DNA from: Propionibacterium freudenreichii subsp. freudenreichii | GTDB lineage: Bacteria > Actinomycetota > Actinomycetes > Propionibacteriales > Propionibacteriaceae | Assembly (NCBI RefSeq): GCF_000940845.1 | Contig: NZ_CP010341.1 | Span: 1,230,001 to 1,262,000 of the forward strand | Direction: 5' to 3' | Length of the DNA: 32,000 nucleotides | In this document: piece by piece, positions 9,135 to 16,999 of the stretch | Position numbering within the stretch: position 1 is the first letter of the stretch | Layout: each line of letters begins with the position of its first letter | Position numbers and translations under genes: made by a program | Notes under the pieces: model-generated | What the model saw: only the letters and a program-made list of their open reading frames with translations | What the model was told of the DNA's origin: nothing | Databases searched by the model: none

Positions 9135-9432
9135 GGCACGCTTTGATGCGGTGATCCATGCGCCGTTGCGGCTTCGCATCTGTGGGCTGCTGCGCCCTGT
9201 CGATGGGCTTGATTTCGCGCTGCTGCGCGATTCCCTGGAGGTGTCGGATGCGACGCTGTCCAAGCATGTCAAGACCCTCACCGCAGCGGGCTATGTGACC
9301 TCCCGCAAGGCCGCCTCCACCGAGCGCAGCGACGGGCGCCGGATCATGTGGCTCTCGCTGACCGGGCCGGGGAGGCTCGCCTTCGACGGTCATGTGCGCG
9401 CGCTGCGCGAGATCGTCGGCACCGGAAGCTGA
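9127..9432 (+). CDS. winged-helix transcriptional regulator (ArsR/MarR-like, HTH_34-type)
   Basis: FDAVIHAPLRLRICGLL..DFALLRDSLEVSDATLSKHVKTLTAAGYVTSRK...RRIMWLSLTGPGRLAFDGHVRAL matches the pattern of this small wHTH family as I recall it. It is translationally coupled to the upstream membrane protein. Confidence 0.8.
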   Translation: MVEARFDAVIHAPLRLRICGLLRPVDGLDFALLRDSLEVSDATLSKHVKTLTAAGYVTSRKAASTERSDGRRIMWLSLTGPGRLAFDGHVRALREIVGTGS

Positions 9433-9595
9433 CGCGCTGGCTCCTGCGCCGCAACGTGGGATGGGCCACCTTTGGGCCACCAGGCCATCAGGGACGGAAA
9501 AGCGGCCCCGAGGGGATGCCACCATGTGGGTAAGAAGTGGGTATTTCATACCAAAGCGGGACCCACCTGATCGGTGAATCCCGCTCTGACTACGG

Positions 9596-9669
<74 letters not shown>

Positions 9670-9828
9670 CCGGGCCTGAAAGACCCGTTGCAGGACTTTA
9701 CCCGACAGCCACCGATCGTGCGAATCGGACACGGCGCCCCGGGGTCGACTTCGCGGCCGCATTAGGCTTGTTGGCGGTGCGGCAACCCGTGGCCGCACCC
9801 CGATGGAACGACCCCCTGAGGAGATTCG

Positions 9829-10293
9829 ATGACCCAGCACATGAACGTCGAGAGCTTCAACCTCGATCACACGAAGGTCAAGGCGCCGTTCATCCGGGTC
9901 GCCGATGTCAAGCACCTTCCCCAGGGCGACACCCTGACGAAATATGACGTGCGCTTCTGCCAGCCGAATGTGAACCACCTGGACATGAAGGCGGTCCATT
10001 CGGTGGAGCACTCCTTCGCGGAATGCGTGCGCAACCACAGCGACTCGGTCATCGACTTCGGCCCGATGGGTTGCCAGACGGGCTTCTACCTGATCATGGT
10101 GGGCGAGCCGGATGTGCCCCGAATCGCCGACCTCGTGGAGCAGACCTTCCGCGACATCCTGGCCCTCGATGCCGTACCCGCCGCCAACGTGGTGCAGTGC
10201 GGCTGGGGAGCCAACCACAGCCTCCAGGGGGCCAAGGACGCCGTCAGCACGATGCTGAGGCATCGGGCCGAATGGGAACAGGTCATGGCCTGA
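9829..10293 (+). CDS. luxS: S-ribosylhomocysteine lyase
   Basis: Contains [17 protein letters not shown], the metal-binding HSVEH motif and the catalytic-Cys motif [18 protein letters not shown] is upstream. Confidence 0.95.
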   Translation: MTQHMNVESFNLDHTKVKAPFIRVADVKHLPQGDTLTKYDVRFCQPNVNHLDMKAVHSVEHSFAECVRNHSDSVIDFGPMGCQTGFYLIMVGEPDVPRIADLVEQTFRDILALDAVPAANVVQCGWGANHSLQGAKDAVSTMLRHRAEWEQVMA

Positions 10294-10305
10294 GGCCGAT
10301 ACGGC

Positions 10306-10326
10306 TCATCCCTCGGGATGATTTTT
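10306..10326 (+). terminator. rho-independent terminator after luxS
   Basis: Hairpin TCATCC-CTCG-GGATGA followed by TTTTT, starting 13 nt after the luxS stop. Confidence 0.7.
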
Positions 10327-10484
10327 CCCACCAATCCCGCGGCGTGGCTCCTGATCGGGGTCCCCGCCGCCCACCAATGGTTTAGGTTCGTCTGCGGAAT
10401 GCGGCACCACGTGTCGCCCACCAGGTGCAGCGCCCGAGGCGCACAGGACCATTGAGCGCCCCTGCAGGCGTCTGACGAGAGGCG

Positions 10485-12065
10485 GTGCCGTTGAACCCGA
10501 CACAGCACACCGGCATCAATCCGGATCGCCGTCGCTGGATCGCCCTGATCGTCCTGTCGTTGGCGCTGTTCATGGCGTCCATGGACAACACGATCCTCAA
10601 TGTCGCCCTGCCCACGCTGGGACGCGAACTCGGCGCCACGACCGACGAGCTGCAATGGACTGTCGATGCCTACCAGGTGACCTATGCCGGCTTCCTGTTG
10701 GTCGCCGGTGGCCTGGTCGACCGCTGGGGGCGGACGCGCACCTTCGTCGCGGGCGTGGCGGTCTTCGGGCTGTGTTCCCTGGCTGCGGGATTGTCCACCA
10801 ATACGACGATGCTGATCCTCGCCCGTGGCCTGACCGGCATCGGCGCGGCGCTCCTGACCCCCTCGACGCTCGCCCTGATCTCGGTACTGTTCCGCCGGCC
10901 CGGGGAACGCACCACGGCCTTCGCCATCTGGTCAGGCGCAAACAGTGCCGGTGCCGCCGTCGGACCCCTGCTGTCCGGCGGCCTGTTGGCCCATTTCAGC
11001 TGGGGGTCCATCTTCCTGATCAACGTTCCCGTGGCGGCACTGTGCCTGGTGGGAGCGGTGTTCCTGCTGCCGCGGGTCAGGGCCGAACGCGACGAGGACC
11101 ACATCGACTGGCCCGGTACGGGGCTGTCGATCGCGGGGCTGTGCGCCGTGTGCTGGGCGGTCATCTCGGCACCGGGACTCGGACTCTTCTCGGCGCCCAT
11201 CATCTTCGCCTTCCTCGGCGGCATCGCACTGCTGGTCGGGTTCGTCTGGTGGCAGCACCACGCGAGCGCTCCACTGCTGCGTCTCAGCCTGTTCCGCAGC
11301 CGCCCCTTCGCCGTCTCGGTGGCAGTGTCCGGCCTGGTCACCGCCGGTGGTGCCGGAGCGCTGTTCGTGCTCACCCAGTTCCTGCAATTCGTCCTGCAGT
11401 TCACGCCATGGCAATCGGGACTGAGCATCATGCCGGTCGCCGCCATGATGCTCGTCGGTGCGATCCTGGCCCCGATCAGCCTCAAGCGCATCGGCATCAA
11501 GCGCGCCGTCATCGCAGGCCTGATCTGCGTAGCGCTCGGCTTCACCCTGCTGTCCCTGACCCACGTCGGCATGACCTACCTGCAGATGCTGCCCGGCGCG
11601 ATGTTCTTCGGGCTGGGCGCCGGTCTCCTGATGCCCGCAGCCACCCAGGCCGTCATGGATTCCCTGCCCTCGGAGTCGGAGGGTGCCGGGTCGGCCACCA
11701 ACAGCGCGCTCATGCAGGTGGGCAGTGCGATGGGCGTGGCCATCACCGGATCACTGCTGGCGTGGCGCTACCGCGAGGTGATGAGTGCCGACGCCGCGGT
11801 CAGGGGCCTGGGCGAGCCATTGCACTCCGACATCCTGGCCTCGGTGGGACGCGCCTTCGACCTCTCCTCGGGCGGCGCGCACCCCGACATCCTGGCTGCC
11901 CTGAAGCGGGGATTCGTCTCGGGAATGCAGGTCGGCCTGGGGGCCAGCGCAGCCGTCGTCGTGCTCGCGACGATCGCGGTCGCGATCTTCTTCCCGCGCC
12001 ATCCGGTCGCGCCCGATGAGGCCGAGATCGAGGGCTCCGAACCGAAGGCGTCGCCCGCCCCCTGA
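10485..12065 (+). CDS. DHA2 (EmrB/QacA-type) MFS efflux transporter
   Basis: TM1 motif FMASMDNTILNVALPTLGRELG, then LQWTVDAYQVTYAGFLLVAGGLVDRWGRTRTF (motif A region), with about 14 hydrophobic segments. The start (GTG 10485 or TTG 10491) is uncertain. Confidence 0.9.
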   Translation: MPLNPTQHTGINPDRRRWIALIVLSLALFMASMDNTILNVALPTLGRELGATTDELQWTVDAYQVTYAGFLLVAGGLVDRWGRTRTFVAGVAVFGLCSLAAGLSTNTTMLILARGLTGIGAALLTPSTLALISVLFRRPGERTTAFAIWSGANSAGAAVGPLLSGGLLAHFSWGSIFLINVPVAALCLVGAVFLLPRVRAERDEDHIDWPGTGLSIAGLCAVCWAVISAPGLGLFSAPIIFAFLGGIALLVGFVWWQHHASAPLLRLSLFRSRPFAVSVAVSGLVTAGGAGALFVLTQFLQFVLQFTPWQSGLSIMPVAAMMLVGAILAPISLKRIGIKRAVIAGLICVALGFTLLSLTHVGMTYLQMLPGAMFFGLGAGLLMPAATQAVMDSLPSESEGAGSATNSALMQVGSAMGVAITGSLLAWRYREVMSADAAVRGLGEPLHSDILASVGRAFDLSSGGAHPDILAALKRGFVSGMQVGLGASAAVVVLATIAVAIFFPRHPVAPDEAEIEGSEPKASPAP

Positions 12066-12105
12066 ACCCGGCGACACGGCTGGGCCGCCGACGAGCGGCG
12101 GTGTA

Positions 12106-12111
12106 TATAGT
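12106..12111 (+). promoter_or_regulatory. candidate -10 element TATAGT for the riboswitch-led transcript
   Basis: The TANNNT hexamer sits in a local AT-rich patch (GTGTATATAGTT) about 12 nt before the first riboswitch helix. No convincing -35 was seen. Confidence 0.35.
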
Positions 12112-12123
12112 TGGGGTCAACGT

Positions 12124-12256
12124 TTCAACGTGCCCGGGGTCGGTGTAAGTCCGAACCGGCGGTGACAGTCCGCGAACCGCGGCCCCTCGTGGGGTCCGGC
12201 CGAACCGGTGGGATTCCGGTACCGACGGTGAAAGTCCGGAGGGGAGAGCGCGTGAA
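12124..12256 (+). promoter_or_regulatory. FMN riboswitch (RFN element) aptamer
   Basis: Near-complete match to the RFN consensus as I recall it: CCGGGGTCGGTGTAAGTCCGAACCGGCGGTGACAGTCCGCGAACC ... GAACCGGTGGGATTCCGGTACCGACGGTGAAAGTCCGGAGGGGAGA. It is closed by a P1 helix, TTCAACGTGC (12124-12133) paired with GCGCGTGAA (12248-12256). Confidence 0.9.
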
Positions 12257-12371
12257 CAGTGCGGCGGACGATGCCGCGGCCGGCCCGTGCGGGTCGGCCG
12301 TGTGAGTCGTGTGCAGTCGGACTGTCGAGCACCCCGGTCCACGTTGACCGAGGAAGGAATGTCGACAGCCG

Positions 12372-13262
12372 ATGGCCTCATCACGGTTCACCCGCCATCC
12401 AGCACCCACCGGGGTGCGGATCGGTGCCCCCCTGGTGGTGGGGGCGCTCCTGCTCCTGGCCTGGCATGCGGTCGTGTCGACCCACACCGTCCCACTCACC
12501 TTGTTGCCCACGCCCGGCTCCGTGTGGAGCCGACTGGTGCACGACATCGTCCACGGTGAATTGTTGGCCCGCACGGCCACCACGATCTGGGAAGCGGTCC
12601 TGGGCTGCATCGTGGCCACCGTGTTCGCCCTTCCCGTCGGCTACCTGGTGGCGCGCGTTCGGCTTGCCGAGGCCGCCATATCCCCCTACCTGGCCGCCTC
12701 GCAGGCGATCCCGGCCGTGGCGTTGGCGCCCCTGCTGGTGATCTGGGTGGGTTACGGGCTCACCCCGATTGTCCTGCTGTGCTCCCTGATCGTCTTCTTC
12801 CCCCTGCTGCTGTCCACCGTGCTGGGCCTTCGTTCGATTGACCACGAGGTCGTCGAGGCGGCCGAGCTCGACGGGGCCTCGGGATGGCGCATGATCCGCT
12901 ACATCGAGGCGCCGCTGTCGCGGGCCGCACTTCTCAGCGGGGTGCGCAATGGGTTCACCCTGTCGGTGACCGGCGCGGTGGTCGGCGAGTTCGTCATGGG
13001 TGGCACCGGGCTGGGCCTGGTGGTCTCCATGCAATCGGCCTCGGCCGATACCACCGGCCTGTTCTCCACCCTCATCGTGCTGTGCGTCCTGGCAATGGTC
13101 ATCTACCTCGGCCTGATTGCGGTCGAGCGATTCACCGATCCCTATCGCGTGCCCCGGGCAGCGCATCCCGTGCCACTCGAGACGGCACCGGACCTGCGCT
13201 TGGTGGCCGCCACGCAAGCCCATCAATCCCACACGTCGGCCCAGAAGGAGCTCGTCGCATGA
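12372..13262 (+). CDS. ABC transporter permease (NitT/TauT-ThiX family); RibX-like because of the FMN riboswitch
   Basis: Six hydrophobic helices and an EAA loop EAAELDGASGWRMIRYIEAPLSRAALLSG. SD GAGGAAGG at 12350-12357. It is the first gene after the riboswitch. Confidence 0.85.
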   Translation: MASSRFTRHPAPTGVRIGAPLVVGALLLLAWHAVVSTHTVPLTLLPTPGSVWSRLVHDIVHGELLARTATTIWEAVLGCIVATVFALPVGYLVARVRLAEAAISPYLAASQAIPAVALAPLLVIWVGYGLTPIVLLCSLIVFFPLLLSTVLGLRSIDHEVVEAAELDGASGWRMIRYIEAPLSRAALLSGVRNGFTLSVTGAVVGEFVMGGTGLGLVVSMQSASADTTGLFSTLIVLCVLAMVIYLGLIAVERFTDPYRVPRAAHPVPLETAPDLRLVAATQAHQSHTSAQKELVA

Positions 13263-14266
13263 CCCGTCACAGCAGACTCACCAGATTCCTCCTCGTGCTC
13301 CTTGCCCTCACCCTGGGAACTGCCATGAGCGCCTGCGGGAACCAGTCGGGTTCCTCGTCGGCCTCGTCCAGCGCCGGCATCCCCCTCACCGTCGGGCTCA
13401 CCTACACCCCCGACATCCAGTTCTCACCGTTCTACGTCGCAGTCCAGAAGGGCTACTTCGCCGACGAGGGCCTCAACGTGACATTGCGCCACCATGGCGC
13501 CTCCGAATCCCTGATGGGTGCCCTGCAGTCGGGCACCGAGGACGTCGTCTACGCGGGCGGTGACGAGATGCTCCTGTCGCGCTCCCAGGGCGTCGACGTG
13601 GTCAACTTCGCCACCATGTACCAGAGCCATCCGGCCGAATTGATCGTGCCGCAGGGCTCGTCCATCTCCTCATTCGCCGACCTGCGTGGACACAGCATCG
13701 GAATCCCCGGGCCATTCGGGGAGAACTGGTACGCATTGCTGGCCATGTTGCGGCAGGCAGGGCTGACCCAGGGCGATGTGAACATCCAGTCAATCGGCTA
13801 CACCCAGCAAGCCGCACTCATGGGCAACAAGGTGGATGCCGTGGTCGGATTCTCGAACAACGATGCCGTGAAGTTCGGCCAGGCCGGATTCCCCATCCGC
13901 GAGATCAGGCTCGATGCGGCCACACCGTTGGTTGCCCTGGGCCTTGGGGCCTCGAAGGCGACCGTCACCGACAAGCAGGACCAGCTGAAGGCCATGATGC
14001 GGGCGCTCGACAAGGCCGTCGCCTACTGCACTTCCGATCTTGACGGCACGGTGGCCCTGACCGAGAAGTACGTGCCGGCCCTGTCGGACGATGCCCAACG
14101 GGCAGCGGCCAGGGCAACGCTGGAGGCGACCAACAAGCTCTACGGCTCCCAGCTCGGCAAGCAGGACGCCCAGCGCTGGAGCGACATGGCCACCTTCATG
14201 GCCGAGTCAGGCATCATCTCCAAGCCGGTGGACGCCAAGGAATCCTTCGTGTCGCTGGTCGGCTGA
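13259..14266 (+). CDS. ABC transporter substrate-binding lipoprotein, NMT1/THI5 (ThiY-like) family; RibY-like candidate riboflavin-binding protein
   Basis: The start overlaps the permease stop (ATGA), with SD GAAGGAG upstream. It carries a lipoprotein signal, LLVLLALTLGTAMSAC with a Cys lipobox. The body, LTVGLTYTPDIQFSPFYVAVQKGYFADEGLNV.., is typical of NMT1/SsuA-like binders. Confidence 0.85.
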   Translation: MTRHSRLTRFLLVLLALTLGTAMSACGNQSGSSSASSSAGIPLTVGLTYTPDIQFSPFYVAVQKGYFADEGLNVTLRHHGASESLMGALQSGTEDVVYAGGDEMLLSRSQGVDVVNFATMYQSHPAELIVPQGSSISSFADLRGHSIGIPGPFGENWYALLAMLRQAGLTQGDVNIQSIGYTQQAALMGNKVDAVVGFSNNDAVKFGQAGFPIREIRLDAATPLVALGLGASKATVTDKQDQLKAMMRALDKAVAYCTSDLDGTVALTEKYVPALSDDAQRAAARATLEATNKLYGSQLGKQDAQRWSDMATFMAESGIISKPVDAKESFVSLVG

Positions 14267-14271
14267 CACCC

Positions 14272-14333
14272 ACGGCGACGGGGAACCCGGCCCGGTGTCC
14301 ACCACGCGTGGGTACCGGGCCGTGCCGTCGCGG
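14272..14333 (+). terminator. long imperfect hairpin after the ABC operon (probable terminator)
   Basis: Paired blocks GCGACGG/CCGTCGC and CGGCCCGGT/ACCGGGCCG surround the central self-complementary CCACGCGTGG (14302-14311). It starts 6 nt after the stop. The U-tail is poor (GGTTACTAACCTTGTGGTGTT). Confidence 0.5.
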
Positions 14334-14504
14334 GGTTACTAACCTTGTGGTGTTCGTGAATGACCAGGGAAATGAGAAGAACGTGACACGCATCTGCTCC
14401 ACGACCGGGGCGGCCGCCACCATGGTGCCGGCAGGCGGTCCGGCGCGATGGGGCATCCGGGCGATGGCGACGACGCGGCATCCGCGTCGCGGGGGATACC
14501 GGGC

Positions 14505-15701
14505 ATGACGTCGAGCAGGCACCAGTACCTCCCACCCACCCCCGAGGACATCGTCGAGACGAAGTTCATGGACCTCTTCGACACCCCGGGCGAACCCATG
14601 CACCTGGTCCGCGGCGGAACCCTGCCGGGGATCACGGTGGCCTATGAGACCTACGGCACCCTCAACGAGCGTCGTGACAACGCCATCTACATCTGCCATG
14701 CACTCACCGGGGACGCCCACGCCGCCGGCTACCACGAGGGCGACGATCGTCCGGGCTGGTGGGATGCCCTCATCGGACCCGGCAAGGCCATCGACACCGA
14801 CCGCTGGTTCGTCGTCGCCTCGAACATCCTAGGCGGCTGCTCCGGCACCACCGGTCCCAGCAGCGTCAACCCCGAGACGGGCAAGCCCTACGGGCTCGAC
14901 TTCCCCCTGCTCGACATGCACGACTTCGTCGTCGTGCACCGCGCCCTGCTCACCAAGTTGGGGGTGCCGCATCTGCACGCGGCAGTGGGCGGGTCGCTGG
15001 GGGGCATGCAGGTCCTGGACTGGGCCCTGACCCATCCTGAGGACATGAACCAGGCCGTCGTCATTGCCAGCTCCAGCCGACTGACCGCACAGAACATCGC
15101 GTTCAGCGCCGTCGGCCGTGAGGCCATCATGAGCGACGAGAACTTCATGAACGGCGCCTTCGCCGAGAATGACACGAATCCCGATGTCGGCCTTGCAGTG
15201 GCCCGGATGATGGCCCACATCACCTACACCAGCGAGGAGGGGTTCGAGGAGAAGTTCGGCAGGCGTCCCCAGTTTGACGCCCAACAGCCGGGCTTCGGTG
15301 TCGACTTCGCCGTCGAGAGCTACCTGGACCATCAGGCAAGCAGCTTCATCGGGCGCTTCGATGCCCTGAGCTATCTCTACCTGACCCGCGTCATGGACTA
15401 TTTCAATCCCTTCGCCGACGCCCATGCCCTCGACCGTCTCGTGGCGACTCCGGTGCGCTTCCTGGTGATGAGCTTCGACTCCGACTGGCGCTTCGGCACG
15501 GCCCACTCCCGGCGCATCGTGCGGCGCCTGCAGGACGCGGCCCTGCCGGTGAGCTTCCGCGAGATCCATGCGCCGTGGGGCCACGATTCCTTCCTGCTGC
15601 ACATCCCGCCCTACCTTGACTCCGTGCGGGCCTTCGTCGAACAGCCCGCGGTGCCCCGACCCACGATTCGACGTCGACGACTACGGAAGTGGGGACGATG
15701 A
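14505..15701 (+). CDS. metX: homoserine O-acetyltransferase
   Basis: Contains ITVAYETYGTLNERRDNAIYICHALTGDAH, NILGGCSGTTGPSS and the nucleophile elbow GGSLGGMQ. ATG at 14505 was chosen over the upstream GTG at 14448. Confidence 0.9.
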   Translation: MTSSRHQYLPPTPEDIVETKFMDLFDTPGEPMHLVRGGTLPGITVAYETYGTLNERRDNAIYICHALTGDAHAAGYHEGDDRPGWWDALIGPGKAIDTDRWFVVASNILGGCSGTTGPSSVNPETGKPYGLDFPLLDMHDFVVVHRALLTKLGVPHLHAAVGGSLGGMQVLDWALTHPEDMNQAVVIASSSRLTAQNIAFSAVGREAIMSDENFMNGAFAENDTNPDVGLAVARMMAHITYTSEEGFEEKFGRRPQFDAQQPGFGVDFAVESYLDHQASSFIGRFDALSYLYLTRVMDYFNPFADAHALDRLVATPVRFLVMSFDSDWRFGTAHSRRIVRRLQDAALPVSFREIHAPWGHDSFLLHIPPYLDSVRAFVEQPAVPRPTIRRRRLRKWGR

Positions 15702-16384
15702 GCCAGTCATCAGCGCGTGATTCGGTCATTGGTGGTGCGAACCGCCTGGGTGAGGGACTGTTGCGCCAGGACCTGCAGTCGGTGGCACGGCTCATCCGTC
15801 CCGGCGAGCGGGTACTCGACCTCGGGTGCGGCACCGGTGATCTCCTCGCCTATCTGATCGGGGCGATGGGCTGCTCCGGCACCGGGGTGGAACGCGACCC
15901 CGATGCGGTGTTGCAGGTCATCGGCAGGGGAGTGCCACTCATCGAGCTGGACCTCGACACCCAGCTCGAGGAATTCGGCGATGACTCCTTCGACGTCGTG
16001 GTGTTGTCGCGCACCCTGCAGGCAGTGCTGAAGCCCAAGGAAGTGCTGCTCCAGATGCGACGCATCGGCCAACGCATGATCGTCACGATGCCGAACTTCG
16101 GCTACTGGCGCCACCGGCTGCGCCTACTGACCGGTCGCATGCCCCAGAGCAAGGACCTGCCGTACACCTGGTACGACACCCCCAACCTGCACCACACCAC
16201 GCTGGTCACGCTGGAGGAATTGTTCGACGACTGCGGCCTGGACATTGAGCGACGCATCCCCCTGGACGGTGACGGTCGCCGCCCGCGCCTGCCGCTGGAA
16301 CTGACCCAGCACACGGCGAACGTGCTGGCCGGTTCGGCGATCTACGTGCTCACCCGTCGCGACGCCGCCGACGCCCCGGCCTGA
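15698..16384 (+). CDS. metW: methionine biosynthesis protein MetW (SAM-methyltransferase fold)
   Basis: ATGA overlap with the metX stop. Contains VLDLGCGTGDLLAYL, VVVLSRTLQAV and MPNFGYWRHRLRLLTGRMP..LPYTWYDTPNLHHTT, which is characteristic of MetW. Confidence 0.9.
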   Translation: MSQSSARDSVIGGANRLGEGLLRQDLQSVARLIRPGERVLDLGCGTGDLLAYLIGAMGCSGTGVERDPDAVLQVIGRGVPLIELDLDTQLEEFGDDSFDVVVLSRTLQAVLKPKEVLLQMRRIGQRMIVTMPNFGYWRHRLRLLTGRMPQSKDLPYTWYDTPNLHHTTLVTLEELFDDCGLDIERRIPLDGDGRRPRLPLELTQHTANVLAGSAIYVLTRRDAADAPA

Positions 16385-16468
16385 TAGCAGCGCGCCATCC
16401 GCGCCCGCGGGGGTTACGCCATTTGAACCCGTCTCCCGGGCGGCGCCAGATTTGCGACTATATGGCCC

Positions 16469-16933
16469 ATGGAGTCGACTGACCAACACATTCTTGCGCT
16501 GTTGTCGCGTGAGGGACGCATGTCCTTCACCGAGATCGGGCGCGAAACCGGATTGTCGACTTCGGCGGCCCAACAACGGGTCCGTCGGCTCGAGCAGCGT
16601 GGCATCATCACCGGCTACCACGCACGCATCGACGGTGCGGCCCTGGGCCATACCCTCGCCGCGTTCATCGAGATCCGCCCCCTGGGGCAGGTCGATGAGA
16701 GCTTGGTCGACGTCCTGGCCTCGATGCCCGAGATCGTCAGTTGCTACTCGGTGGCCGGGGACGCCAGCCACCTGTGTCTGGCCGAGGTCACCTCCACGCA
16801 AGAGCTGGACGACCTGCTGACGCGCATCCGCACTGCGGTCAACGTGTCCACCTCAACCACCGTCGTGCTGCGTACCCTGTTCCGTGATCGGCCCCCCATC
16901 GACGACCCTGATGTGCCGGCCGCCAAGCGCTGA
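16469..16933 (+). CDS. Lrp/AsnC-family transcriptional regulator
   Basis: D(Q)HILALLSREGRMSFTEIGRETGLSTSAAQQRVRRLEQRGIITGY followed by a RAM/ACT-like C-terminal domain. Confidence 0.9.
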   Translation: MESTDQHILALLSREGRMSFTEIGRETGLSTSAAQQRVRRLEQRGIITGYHARIDGAALGHTLAAFIEIRPLGQVDESLVDVLASMPEIVSCYSVAGDASHLCLAEVTSTQELDDLLTRIRTAVNVSTSTTVVLRTLFRDRPPIDDPDVPAAKR

Positions 16934-16999
16934 ACGATCAAGGCCATGCGCCCCACCTGCCCACGCTGACCGCCCCGGTACAACGACGCGCGGCGGCGC

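Noticed and set aside
12124-12256. First impression of a cobalamin riboswitch, because of the repeated GGTGnAAnTCC-like strings.
   Set aside because: There is no B12-box-like GCCACTG or AGTCAGG..CCTGCC element. Instead the full RFN pattern is present (GGTGTAAGTCCGAACCGGCGGTGACAGTCCGCGA ... GGTGGGATTCCGGTACCGACGGTGAAAGTCCGGAGGGGAGA), so it was called an FMN riboswitch.
12287-12559. A 90-aa ORF with an ATG at 12359 directly after the SD-like GAGGAAGGA.
   Set aside because: There is no spacer between the SD and that ATG, and the translation is Arg/Pro/Gly-rich. The overlapping frame starting at 12372 encodes a clear ABC permease.
14345-14504. A possible SAM riboswitch (SAM-I or SAM-IV) in the 160-nt leader upstream of metX.
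   Set aside because: I looked for the conserved cores (GAGGGA..GGCCC..GCAACC..GGTGCnAA for SAM-I; GGCAACCC..GGTGCCCCGGGTGA for SAM-IV) and found only generic GC hairpins, such as GACGCGG-CAT-CCGCGTC at 14471-14487. A covariance-model scan would be needed to exclude a divergent element.
16423-16471. A leaderless promoter for the lrp/asnC gene (CTATAT at 16458-16463, 5 nt before ATG 16469, with TTGAAC at 16423-16428).
   Set aside because: The hexamer-to-ATG spacing is short and the -35-like hexamer is 29 nt away, so the geometry is unconvincing. It was left unannotated.
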